Positions 1 to 9,141 are shown, numbered from the stretch's first letter. The stretch: 64,000 bases of DNA from Paraburkholderia sp. (GCF_026225065.1 NZ_JAMFSB010000023.1:32556-96555); one strand, 5' to 3'. Notes: generated from the letters alone by a model not told the origin. Numbers and translations: made by a program.

Positions 1-265
1 TGCCGCTCACATTGAGCATCACCGTGCCCCGCTCCACCTTTTGCCCGTCTTTCACGCGCACCGACACTTCGAGCGTCGGGTCATAGCGTTTGAAGATGCG
101 CGCCGCCACGTCGATGCCGGCCACGATCAGTGTCTCGCGCGCATTCATAAAGAAGGCGCCGGTCTCGTCCGCTTCGATCATCAGTTGCGCGGTGAGGTCG
201 CAATAGCCGATATCTTCGGTTAGCCAAAGATCGATCAGGCGATCCGTCTGGAATACGTCATACAT
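1..265 (-). CDS. nadC: NadC-like quinolinate phosphoribosyltransferase (nicotinate-nucleotide diphosphorylase), 5' part; runs off the left edge
   Basis: Absent from the ORF track; translated by hand from ATG 265: MYDVFQTDRLIDLWLTEDIGYCDLTAQLMIEADETGAFFMNARETLIVAGIDVAARIFKRYDPTLEVSVRVKDGQKVERGTVMLNVSG. EDxGxxDLT, ARE...AG and DG motifs match the QPRTase N-domain. An AAGGAAG RBS lies upstream. Confidence 0.8.
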   Translation of the reverse strand, partial: MYDVFQTDRLIDLWLTEDIGYCDLTAQLMIEADETGAFFMNARETLIVAGIDVAARIFKRYDPTLEVSVRVKDGQKVERGTVMLNVSG

Positions 266-323
266 TTTTGTCTTCCTTTCCAGGTGAAATGGAATGAGTT
301 GTTCACAACCCGTGAAGCGCCGT

Positions 324-1055
324 TCATCGGTGCTTCATGCGTCGGTCGGCCATCATCAGGAGGCCGTTGCACGCGAGGGCAAACACGGTAAGAAACAGGG
401 CAACTGCCATAATCGTGCGGATGTCCCCAAGGTTCATCGCGCTGGTCAACATATAACCTAGCCCGCGTTGCGAGGCAAACATCTCGCCGATCAGCACGCC
501 AAGTAAAGTCAACGAAAAGCCGAGCCGCAGGCCGGCAACGACCTCCGGAAAGATCGCCGGCAGCACGACATGCACAATCGTACGGAAAAACGACAGACGC
601 ATGGTCTTCGATGCACGCAGATAGACCGGCCGCATCTGGCGGATCGCATTCATCGTGAACATCAGGATCGGGATCAGACCATGCATCACGCCAAAGGCCA
701 CTTTCGCCGATAGACCGAGGCCGAATACGAGCAACACCAGCGGATACAACGTCACTTTCGGCAGCGAGTAGAGGTTCAGCAGAATCGGCTCCGCGACGCG
801 GCCCGATATGCGGCTGATACCGAACAGTACACCAAGCGCCACACCGCCGATGAGCGCGATCACGAGTGCATAGACAAGCGCTCGTGCGGTCTCTGCGACG
901 TTGCCCCAGAACACCTCGGTGCCGAGCATCTGGGCCAGCGCCTCGAGCGTGCTCCATGGCGAACTCAGCGAATGCTTACCGACCGCCCAGTGCAGGCATT
1001 GCCAGCATACGACGATGACCAGCGCAACCAGCAGCGGATCGAGGAATCTTTTCAT
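324..1055 (-). CDS. ABC transporter permease, NitT/TauT/SsuC family
   Basis: MKRFLDPLLVAL...; hydrophobic, with LPKVTLYPL and IGEMFASQRGLGY motifs. The start is trimmed from the ORF-track call to ATG 1055 (GGAG RBS). Confidence 0.9.
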   Translation of the reverse strand: MKRFLDPLLVALVIVVCWQCLHWAVGKHSLSSPWSTLEALAQMLGTEVFWGNVAETARALVYALVIALIGGVALGVLFGISRISGRVAEPILLNLYSLPKVTLYPLVLLVFGLGLSAKVAFGVMHGLIPILMFTMNAIRQMRPVYLRASKTMRLSFFRTIVHVVLPAIFPEVVAGLRLGFSLTLLGVLIGEMFASQRGLGYMLTSAMNLGDIRTIMAVALFLTVFALACNGLLMMADRRMKHR

Positions 1056-1081
1056 GGTGGCGTCTCCCGGTATCCGCAACG

Positions 1082-1831
1082 CTAGCGTTGCCGGCGCGAC
1101 TGAAACCGTTGATCGATCCGGTTCAGCACGGCGTTGACCAGCGTCACCAGCACGAGCACGAACAGCATCAGCGAATACATGTCGTCGTTCTGGAAGTTGT
1201 TGTACGCGTAGCCGATTGCATAGCCGATGCCCGAACCGGACAGGATGAATTCGGATGCGATCACGCCAATGAATGCATAGGCCACCGCAAGCTTCACCCC
1301 GGTGAACAGATACGGCAGCGTGGCAGGCAGCTTGATATGAAGCGCGCAGCGCCATGGCGAGAGGCGCATGACCTCAGCGCTTTTATGCAAGACGCGCGGA
1401 ATACGATCGAGCCCGTTTAGCGTCGCGGTAATCATCGTCACCACTGAAAGCATCACGGCAATGGCGATGATCGGCAGCGAGCCGATGCCGAGCACGACGA
1501 TAAAGATGGGATAGAAGATGAAGGTGGGTATCGCGTAGTAGCTCGATAGCAGCGGTTCGATCGAGCGGCGCAGCGACGGCAGCGCGTGAATGCCGAGGCC
1601 CAGGACAAAACCGAGCAGCACGGAGACGATCGATGCGGCGACGATCTCGATCAGACTCGTCACGATGTCGTGATCGAATTTGCCGCCGCGCAGCAATTCG
1701 ATGCCATGTGTGAACATCGCGGACGGTGCAATCAGCACGCTCGACGCAATGATACCGCTACGGCACAGCAGCTCGATCAGTACGACGAAGCCAACCACTA
1801 CGACAATACGGATCAGACTTTCGGCCTTCAC
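1082..1831 (-). CDS. ABC transporter permease, NitT/TauT/SsuC family
   Basis: YAIPTFIFYP and SEFILSGSGIGY motifs. GTG start at 1831 follows GGGAG. Confidence 0.9.
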   Translation of the reverse strand: MKAESLIRIVVVVGFVVLIELLCRSGIIASSVLIAPSAMFTHGIELLRGGKFDHDIVTSLIEIVAASIVSVLLGFVLGLGIHALPSLRRSIEPLLSSYYAIPTFIFYPIFIVVLGIGSLPIIAIAVMLSVVTMITATLNGLDRIPRVLHKSAEVMRLSPWRCALHIKLPATLPYLFTGVKLAVAYAFIGVIASEFILSGSGIGYAIGYAYNNFQNDDMYSLMLFVLVLVTLVNAVLNRIDQRFQSRRQR

Positions 1832-1879
1832 TTCGAACTCCCAGATTCGCATGAAAACAATGCGAAGAACCCCGCGCAC

Positions 1880-2737
1880 CTACTGCACGCCCATCACCTT
1901 CAACGATTCGACACGCAGCTTTTCCCACAGGCGGGCATTAATCTCGCCAAAGCGCGGCGTAGAAACGACACGGCTATCGCGCGAACGCTCCCAGCCGGTC
2001 TCGACGATATCGATGAAGAGCCCCGGCCGCGCCGACATCACACCGACGCGGTCGGACAGCATCGCCGCTTCGTCGAGTGCGTGAGTGATCAGGAGCACCG
2101 TGGCAGACGTTTCGCGCCACAGGAGCAACAACTCGTCGCCCATCAGCAGTCGCGTTTGCTGATCGAGCGCGCCGAACGGCTCATCGAGCAGAATCAGGCG
2201 AGGCTGCAACACCAGCGTTCGGGCAATGCATACGCGCTGCCGCATGCCGCCCGACAGCTGCGATGGATACGCCCTGGCGAAATCCTTCAGGCCCATGAAC
2301 CCCATCGCATAGTCGACCCGCCGCTGGATCTCGGCGCCATCCACGCCCGCCATGCGCAGTCCGAACGAAATGTTGTCGCGCAGATTCAGCCACGGAAAAG
2401 ACGCGTCTTCCTGGAACACGACGCCTACCCCGTCGGGCACGCCCGTTACCGGCTGCCCTTCGAACATTACCGTGCCGGAACTCGGCCTGGAGAGTCCCGC
2501 AAGCGCATCGAGCAAGGTGGACTTGCCGCATCCGGACGGCCCGACCACCGAAAAAAACTCTCCCTTGGTCAGCGTGAGATCGATCGGACCGAGCGCGTGG
2601 AACAGTTCCTTCGAATCGCTGCGCGTGAAATAGCGGGTCACGCCCGTGAGCTCGACATGCGCCTCGGGCGATGCCGGCGCCTGTTGCGCTGGCGATTCGA
2701 CAACCTGCAGCGTTGGATGAGCGTTGCGTGCCTTCAT
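1880..2737 (-). CDS. ABC transporter ATP-binding protein (TauB/SsuB-like)
   Basis: Walker A GPSGCGKST, signature LSGGMRQR, LLDEPFGALD, ITH. ATG 2737 overlaps the stop of the binding-protein gene. Confidence 0.95.
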   Translation of the reverse strand: MKARNAHPTLQVVESPAQQAPASPEAHVELTGVTRYFTRSDSKELFHALGPIDLTLTKGEFFSVVGPSGCGKSTLLDALAGLSRPSSGTVMFEGQPVTGVPDGVGVVFQEDASFPWLNLRDNISFGLRMAGVDGAEIQRRVDYAMGFMGLKDFARAYPSQLSGGMRQRVCIARTLVLQPRLILLDEPFGALDQQTRLLMGDELLLLWRETSATVLLITHALDEAAMLSDRVGVMSARPGLFIDIVETGWERSRDSRVVSTPRFGEINARLWEKLRVESLKVMGVQ

Positions 2738-3738
2738 AGCGTACTCTTCGCTTTCAGATCGGCGGGCAGAAAGCTCATATCGACAAGCTTCGACCAGTCG
2801 ACATCGCCGTTCAACTCGCCGACGAGCTTCAGGCCATCCGTCATACGGTCGAGTTCGCCGCGATTGAATTCGCCATCGCTCCACATGCGCGACTTGACCA
2901 TATTGTCCACCGCTTCGCGTGCGACGTCTGGCGTGAGTTTGAAGCTTGTCTCCAGCAGCTTCGCGGCGCCGGCCGGATCGGCGTACAACGTATCCACACC
3001 CGCACGCCGCCCGGCAATGATCGCGCGCAACTCATCCGGATGGGCCTTGGCAAACTCGCGGGTGGTAATGCCGACCGAGGTGGTCATGGGCTGCAGAATG
3101 TCGCCCGCCCGGTACACGGTGCGGTAATTGGCCTTGCGCACAATCGAAAGCGGTTCGATCAGCACTGCACCGGAGACGGCCCCCTGCTCAAGCATCGTCA
3201 GGCCGTTAACGTAGCCACCCGAGGCGACCCGGGTCACCTTGCCTGCGTCGACGCCCTTTTGCTTGAGCACCATCAGCAACAGCATTTCGGACACGCCTCT
3301 GGGAGACGTAATCGCGACCTTCTTGCCGGCGAGATCCGCGACGGTTTGCACATTGGTGTTGGGCATCGCGACCATCGACGCTTCCGCGACACTGCGCGTG
3401 CCGACATTCACGATGACGAGGTCCATCCCCTGGCGCTGCGCGGCAAGCGCAGCCGCGACTGCGACTTCGCCGTACGGCGTCTTGCTGGCGAGGATATTGC
3501 GCACGGTCGTGCCGCCGCCGCTCGAAGTGAGAATGCCGGTGATGTCGACGCCGGCCTTCTTGAAGAGGCCTTTGTCCATCGCGACAGCATAAGGAAGGCC
3601 GTAGAGGCTGCTGCCCCACTGTGTGACGGAGATCTCATCCGCCTGCGTGACGCTGACGGACCCGCAGAACACACCGGCCACCGATAGCAGGAACGACGCG
3701 CCGAGCGCTACGCCGATCCGCCTGACGAACCACTTCAT
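2734..3738 (-). CDS. ABC transporter substrate-binding protein (NMT1/TauA-like)
   Basis: Signal peptide (...TQA-DEISVTQW); VAMDKGLFKKAGVD and DLAGKKVAIT motifs; first gene of the operon. Confidence 0.9.
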   Translation of the reverse strand: MKWFVRRIGVALGASFLLSVAGVFCGSVSVTQADEISVTQWGSSLYGLPYAVAMDKGLFKKAGVDITGILTSSGGGTTVRNILASKTPYGEVAVAAALAAQRQGMDLVIVNVGTRSVAEASMVAMPNTNVQTVADLAGKKVAITSPRGVSEMLLLMVLKQKGVDAGKVTRVASGGYVNGLTMLEQGAVSGAVLIEPLSIVRKANYRTVYRAGDILQPMTTSVGITTREFAKAHPDELRAIIAGRRAGVDTLYADPAGAAKLLETSFKLTPDVAREAVDNMVKSRMWSDGEFNRGELDRMTDGLKLVGELNGDVDWSKLVDMSFLPADLKAKSTL

Positions 3739-3845
3739 ATAGAGCACTCCCGATCATGAAATCAGATGCTATAGAAGCTGGGTACCGCCAGATCGCTCGA
3801 CCTATAAGTGTCAAATGAGCGTACACGCGGTAATTCCAAGCTTAG

Positions 3846-3862
3846 TTGCAACCTCTATGCCA
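3846..3862 (-). promoter_or_regulatory. sigma-54 (-24/-12) promoter of the ABC-nadC operon
   Basis: The minus strand reads TGGCATAGAGGTTGCAA, matching TGGCAY-N5-TTGCW, about 110 bp upstream of the binding-protein start. Confidence 0.8.
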
Positions 3863-4100
3863 CTGTTAGCGGTGTTTACCCGATCCGGCTTTATGGCCAG
3901 AACAAATGCGTCAACCCCTTTAAATTCAATGATCTGCATTTCGCACGATCATGCTTGAGGCGCTAAAAGCGAACGTCACCGTAGAAACAGGCCGCACCAC
4001 CAAACAACATGTACACACTATAAATGCGCACTTTTTCAGATTCGGCCCGCGCTTGGTGCACAGCTATGCGCAAGCGCACCCGTGATAGCAAACGTCTGCG

Positions 4101-4583
4101 TTATTCCAGCTCAGGGCCGCAAAGCTTGCGCAGCAGATACAGCACCGCAACCCGCTCGACAGCGTTGAGATCGCTCATCGTGAGTTCGCTGATGCGCGCA
4201 GCGGTCGGCGTGGTCAGCTCGAGCAACTGGCGCCCGCGCTCCGTGAGTTCTACCACGCTCTTGCGGCGATCGTCCTGATTGGCTTGCAACTCCACAAGCC
4301 CGCGTGCCTGCAGACGTTCGATGATGCCGCGCACGGTCGCCCCATCGATGGCCGTCGCCTTGCCGAGATCACTCATCGACGAAGGTCCTAGCCGCCGGTT
4401 CGCGCTGAGCACCGCGAACTGCACCGCCGTCAGTTGCGGATCGTCGATGGTCTGCGCGAAGATCGCCAGATGGCGCTGGTAGGCCCGGCGCAGCAGATGA
4501 CCGATCTGCTCGGAGAACTCATACGTGGATATATCGACCTGCGTGGGTGGCGTCGGCTCGGAGGGGGGCTTGGGCGGCGCCAT
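4101..4583 (-). CDS. MarR-family regulator, NicR/BpsR-like
   Basis: YEFSEQIGHLLRRAYQRHLAIF...ATAIDGATVRGIIERL...DRRKSVVELT...ERVAVLYLLRK resembles the nicotinate-pathway repressor NicR of Pseudomonas putida (recalled, not searched). Confidence 0.85.
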   Translation of the reverse strand: MAPPKPPSEPTPPTQVDISTYEFSEQIGHLLRRAYQRHLAIFAQTIDDPQLTAVQFAVLSANRRLGPSSMSDLGKATAIDGATVRGIIERLQARGLVELQANQDDRRKSVVELTERGRQLLELTTPTAARISELTMSDLNAVERVAVLYLLRKLCGPELE

Positions 4584-4811
4584 GATCGATGGATCTCTTG
4601 AAAGTGTTGTCGTGAATCGAAGCGGGGTCGGACAACGCCATTCTACAAAGATTTCGCGTAAGCACGTTGCGGAGCTGTCCGGCAAAAGCGCGCTTACGGC
4701 TACGGCATCACGCCCGGCGCCTATGCGACGCTAAAGCCCTGCGCCCCAGCTTTAGCGCTGCCGCCCGGAGCGAGTACCGTTGCCCCGTGCGAAGGCCGCG
4801 CCCTCGTTCGC

Positions 4812-5969
4812 TCAAGCGTGTAGTACGAGCTTCTGCACCCGCCAGTTCAACAACTCTGCGACGAACAGCGTGTTCTCCGATGGGCAAGCCATCTGGTGAA
4901 TCCAGCCAAACTGCTTCAGTTGCTTGCCGGATTTGCCGAGCACGCCCAGCACCTTGCCGTCGAGCGTGAGCTTGTAAATGCGCCCAGGGAAGGCGTCGGA
5001 ACAGTACAGCACCTGGTTAGGGCCCGGAGAAATGGCGATCGTCCAGGGCGAGCCAGGGGCGAATGTGCCCGCGGCGATGGCCGCTTCATCGGGCGCATAG
5101 CCGATAGCGGGCCTTGCATTTGGGGGCACCGGCACGTCGATGGTGAACTGGCGCTGGAAGTTGCCCTCGCCGTCGAACACCTGGATGCGTCGGTTGCTGC
5201 GATCGGCCACATAGACACTGCCGTTCGCATCTAACGCGATGCTGTGCGGCGTATGAAACTGGCCTGGGCCCGTGCCGCGCTCGCCCCACGACTTGAGCCA
5301 GTTGCCGTCTTTGTCGACCTTGGCGACGCGCGAGTTGATATAGCCGTCGCTGATATAAGTGTTGCCGGCGGCGTCCCACGCCACGTCTGTCACCTGCCGG
5401 AAGCGGCCGGGCTCCGCCGGCAGCGGCGGGTTCGGATGCTTGAGCGGACCGGTGTCTTCGTCGGCCGCTTCCTGTTTGCGACCGAACACCATCGCGACGC
5501 GTCCTTCCGGGGTGAACTTGATCACCATGTCCGAACCTTTGTCCGTCACCCAGATATTGTCGTGAACATCGACCTTGACGGAGTGCGCAAACGACCACGC
5601 ATACAGGTTGCGGCCAATCTCGCGGATAAAGCGGCCGTTCGGTGCGAACTCAAGCAACTGGGCCGCCGCCGCTGCATAGGCTGGCCCGCTGCTATTGCCG
5701 CGCGAAAGTACGAAGATGTGGCCTTTCGAATTGAGCGCCACGCCCGAGCACTCGCCGAAGTACATATCGATCGGCAACTTCACCGGGTCGGGAACCGAGT
5801 CGTAAGCAATGGTCGGAACCGTGGCTTCCGTTTCCGCGTAACCAAAGCGAGGCATCAGGGCAAGCGCTGCGGCGCCCTCGCCTGCCAGCGCCAGGAAGCG
5901 GCGCCGCGTGACGGAGCGTTGCTGCAGATCCCCACAACATGGACAGGATTCCGAATGACGGTGGTTCAT
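4812..5969 (-). CDS. Tat-exported peptidyl-alpha-hydroxyglycine alpha-amidating lyase (PAL)-like NHL-repeat protein
   Basis: TRRRFL Tat motif; NHL repeats; SDGYINSRV, PHSIA and ADRSNRRIQ motifs. AGGAGG RBS precedes ATG 5969. Confidence 0.85.
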   Translation of the reverse strand: MNHRHSESCPCCGDLQQRSVTRRRFLALAGEGAAALALMPRFGYAETEATVPTIAYDSVPDPVKLPIDMYFGECSGVALNSKGHIFVLSRGNSSGPAYAAAAAQLLEFAPNGRFIREIGRNLYAWSFAHSVKVDVHDNIWVTDKGSDMVIKFTPEGRVAMVFGRKQEAADEDTGPLKHPNPPLPAEPGRFRQVTDVAWDAAGNTYISDGYINSRVAKVDKDGNWLKSWGERGTGPGQFHTPHSIALDANGSVYVADRSNRRIQVFDGEGNFQRQFTIDVPVPPNARPAIGYAPDEAAIAAGTFAPGSPWTIAISPGPNQVLYCSDAFPGRIYKLTLDGKVLGVLGKSGKQLKQFGWIHQMACPSENTLFVAELLNWRVQKLVLHA

Positions 5970-6273
5970 TAAATTCACCTCCTTGTTATCGGTTGATCGT
6001 GCCGGACGCCGATTGTCTCCAACTTGCCGTGCGGGTGCATGACGCGCCCTTTGGCAATTTTCTTTCTACGTCACGTAGTCATAACCGCATCGAACCTGTT
6101 CAGCGGGTTATTCAGCAGGTAAGCGTGACGGATGTTGCAGACCTTACGGTTGCAAGCCGGCATAACTGACATGGCGACATGACCGCTTATGCGCATGCCG
6201 CTGACACTATAGTCCATGTCGTGAATGGATGCGTTTGAGGGCGGCGCATATCCGCGAGAGCACGTCAGACGCA

Positions 6274-6570
6274 CTACCGGATACGTGGATAGTATCTCTC
6301 GTTATCGACGATGATCTCATCGGCATAGGTATCCTTCCGGACCGCGACAATCAGGCAATCCAGCCATGGAGGCGCCATGTGGTGAGTGGACGACCAAGGG
6401 CGTTTGCCATAGAAAACCCTTACGACATACCGGTCCGTTTCATCCGCACAAATCACAGCGCTAAAGATCGGCTCTTCGGGAACATGCTTTTTGCAAGCCC
6501 GGAGCGCCGCCTCCCTGGCCATGTTTTTGGCGCGCAAGTGCGGAAAAAACCAGTACAAAAGCGTGGACAT
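6274..6570 (-). CDS. hypothetical protein (98 aa)
   Basis: ATG ORF directly downstream of and co-oriented with the GNAT gene; protein-like composition; no recognised motif. Confidence 0.55.
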   Translation of the reverse strand: MSTLLYWFFPHLRAKNMAREAALRACKKHVPEEPIFSAVICADETDRYVVRVFYGKRPWSSTHHMAPPWLDCLIVAVRKDTYADEIIVDNERYYPRIR

Positions 6571-6603
6571 GGTCAGCTATTCAAGGTGGTCGGCTCTAAA
6601 ACT

Positions 6604-7062
6604 CTACAACGCAAGCTTATAGCCCACGTGGCTCGCCACGAAACCGAGTTTTTCGTAGAAACGATGCGCATCCGCACGGCTCTTGTCGGTCGTGAGCTGA
6701 ACAAGATTGCAACCGCGCGCACGACACGCGGCAATCGCCCATTCGAACACTTTCTGCCCCAGCCCGGCGTCGCGGCGATGGGCGGCTATGCGAACCGCCT
6801 CGATTTGGCCGCGCCATGCGCCCAGACGGGCAATCCCCGGAATGAACGACAGTTGCAGCGTGCCGATGACCTCTTCGCCATCCACGACGACCACCAGTTG
6901 CTGATTGGCATCGGCCGCTAACGCACGAAAGGCCGCGACGTATCGCTCGTCAAGCGGCAACTCAGTGTTTTCCCGCTGACTCCCGAGTTTGTCGTCGGCC
7001 AGCAATGCAACAATGGCTGGCACATCGGAGAGAAGAGCCGAGCGAAAGACGATATGTTCCAT
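6604..7062 (-). CDS. GNAT family N-acetyltransferase
   Basis: IEAVRIAAHRRDAGLG acetyl-CoA motif; VQLTTDKSRADAHRFYEKLGF. Confidence 0.93.
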   Translation of the reverse strand: MEHIVFRSALLSDVPAIVALLADDKLGSQRENTELPLDERYVAAFRALAADANQQLVVVVDGEEVIGTLQLSFIPGIARLGAWRGQIEAVRIAAHRRDAGLGQKVFEWAIAACRARGCNLVQLTTDKSRADAHRFYEKLGFVASHVGYKLAL

Positions 7063-7108
7063 GTTAGAGCCCTGGGTGATCTGGAGTTAAGACTGCCTCC
7101 ACCGCAGG

Positions 7109-8284
7109 TCAGCCCGAGTGGCGCTGCACCTTCCATTTCGCCACGCCGCCGCTGCCTGCCCAAGGCCGCATTCTAGCAAGGCTCTCCTGGTAGACCACCT
7201 CGGTTCGGTCGGCGAAATCCTGCAGCGAAAATTGCGCCACACTTCTCGCGCGCGCCGCCATGCCCGCAAGCGTCACCTCAAGCCGGTTGTCGAGCAGGCG
7301 TCTCAACAGTTGCGCAATCCGTTCGTGCTCGTGAGGCGCGACGACCCACCCACTCACCCCTGCTTCGACATTTTCCGGCAGGCCGCCCGAGTCCGACACG
7401 ATCACGGGCTTGCCCATCGCCATCATCTCCCGGCATGCGAACGACAAGGTTTCGCGCCGCGACAGCACAAAACCCACATCGAATGCTGCCACCAGGGGAC
7501 GCACATCGCACAGTAAGCCCGTATAGATCATATGGCCCGCCATGCCTAATGCGTCGACCTTCGCGCGTTGTAGCGCATTGGGCGTCCGCCCCCCAATGAC
7601 CACGCGAATCCGTTCGCGCTGCTCCGCAGGCAGTAAGGCGACAGCCGTGACCATATTCAGCCAGCCCTTGTTGTCATCCGTACCTGCGATACTGCCGAGC
7701 ACCATTGCCCCGTCCGGGATCGCCGTGCCCCATCGTCTGCGAAGCCGCTCGACTACGCCGCTTGGGACCGGTGCAAAGCGGCGCAGATCGATACCGTGGC
7801 GCACGACCGACACCGCCTTCGTGTCGTACACGGTCTTCGCGAGGTGCCGGCGTGTGTAATCGGATACGCAGATCACCGAATCCGTGCCGAGCTTACCTTT
7901 GAGCCAGGTGCTCAAGCCGCTAACAGGCAGATCGTTGTGCTTGGTGAAGACGATGCACGGCCGGGTCCGTTTCAATCCCAGCGTCGCCAGCATGGCGATC
8001 CGGTGATCCGCTGAGCCGTTGACGTGAACAATATCGAAGCGGTTTCTTCCGATCAGTTGCCGCAAGCGCCAGCCTGATCCAACCATGGCGCCAAGGCGGT
8101 TGCGAAACTCGAGCGCAACCACCTCCACGCCGGGGATTTCTTTCGCGCTTAAATAGAGGCGACTCGAACCCGGCGCTGCGACGATCACTTTATGGCGCTC
8201 ACTAAGCGCCGCTGCCAGGGTGAGGATGTAGGTGGTGTGTCCACCGCCATCGCCCGCGTGAAAATTGGTGTAGAGGATTTTCAT
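7109..8284 (-). CDS. Glycosyltransferase family 4 (GT-B)
   Basis: MKILYTNFHAGDGGGHTTY N-terminus; ETLSFACREMMAMGKPVIVSDSGGLPE (E-X7-E motif). ATGA overlap with the upstream deacetylase. Confidence 0.9.
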   Translation of the reverse strand: MKILYTNFHAGDGGGHTTYILTLAAALSERHKVIVAAPGSSRLYLSAKEIPGVEVVALEFRNRLGAMVGSGWRLRQLIGRNRFDIVHVNGSADHRIAMLATLGLKRTRPCIVFTKHNDLPVSGLSTWLKGKLGTDSVICVSDYTRRHLAKTVYDTKAVSVVRHGIDLRRFAPVPSGVVERLRRRWGTAIPDGAMVLGSIAGTDDNKGWLNMVTAVALLPAEQRERIRVVIGGRTPNALQRAKVDALGMAGHMIYTGLLCDVRPLVAAFDVGFVLSRRETLSFACREMMAMGKPVIVSDSGGLPENVEAGVSGWVVAPHEHERIAQLLRRLLDNRLEVTLAGMAARARSVAQFSLQDFADRTEVVYQESLARMRPWAGSGGVAKWKVQRHSG

Positions 8285-9141
8285 GACCACGCCTCGCCCC
8301 GCAAGTGCCTCGCCCGTTTGAACCAGTAATACGCCCGTCCCCACAGTGGATCCTGGTAGCGCCGTAGCTTTTGTGCGAGCCACGTAGCATCTTTGCCGTT
8401 GTCGACCATGCGCTGAATCCGCGCGGTGTCGCCACCCGCTACGTTGCGTCGCAGATTCTGGGTCGTATAGAGGTATTCGAATCCAGCTGCTCTAGCCGCG
8501 TCGGTATAGTCGGCGTCGAAATAGCCTTCGGGCCAGCACAGGTGTCGCGATGCCGCGCCGAGACGCTGTGCCAGGATTGACTTCGATTGTTCGATGTCTT
8601 CCCGGATTTGCTGATACTTTCCGATACCGTCATCGCATAGCCGGTCCCAGCGCAGATGGCTGTGTGTGTGGCTATGGAATTCGAACGTGCCCGCTGCGCG
8701 CATCACTTCCACCTCGCTCCAGCGCACGGTCACCTCGTCTGCGCGGCCGTTGTAAAGAAGGTGCTCGCATGCCTGATGCGTGTGAGCCGGTTCCGCACGT
8801 AGCGCGTCGATGGCGCGAAGCGCACCGTCGTGCACACGGCCCGTCACGAGAAACATGACCGCGTTGAGTCCGTAACGCAAAAGAATCGGATGGGCGTGGA
8901 CATAGTTGTCCAGATAGCCGTCATCGAACGTCAGCAAGACCGATCTACAAGGCATCGGCGCACCGCGTAGAAAGCGCGCAAATTCATCGGCGGTCAGCGT
9001 GACATAGCCATTGATCGCCAACCACTTTATCTGCGACTCGAAGTTCTCCGGCGAAATGGTGAGCGGACCGCCGGACGATGAAACGTGGTGATACATCACT
9101 ACCGGTACCGAATTCGCAAACGATTCAGTGGTTTGCATCAT
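8281..9141 (-). CDS. Polysaccharide deacetylase (CE4; WabN/IcaB-like)
   Basis: PVVMYHHV, LTFDDGYLDN, HSHTHSH and LCWPEG motifs; no signal peptide. Confidence 0.9.
   Translation of the reverse strand: MMQTTESFANSVPVVMYHHVSSSGGPLTISPENFESQIKWLAINGYVTLTADEFARFLRGAPMPCRSVLLTFDDGYLDNYVHAHPILLRYGLNAVMFLVTGRVHDGALRAIDALRAEPAHTHQACEHLLYNGRADEVTVRWSEVEVMRAAGTFEFHSHTHSHLRWDRLCDDGIGKYQQIREDIEQSKSILAQRLGAASRHLCWPEGYFDADYTDAARAAGFEYLYTTQNLRRNVAGGDTARIQRMVDNGKDATWLAQKLRRYQDPLWGRAYYWFKRARHLRGEAWS

Noticed and set aside
1586-3127. 513-aa plus-strand ORF, and similar ORFs at 10410-11909, 20225-21418, 22420-24099 and 39069-40259
   Set aside because: All lie antisense to well-supported genes and show no domain signal.
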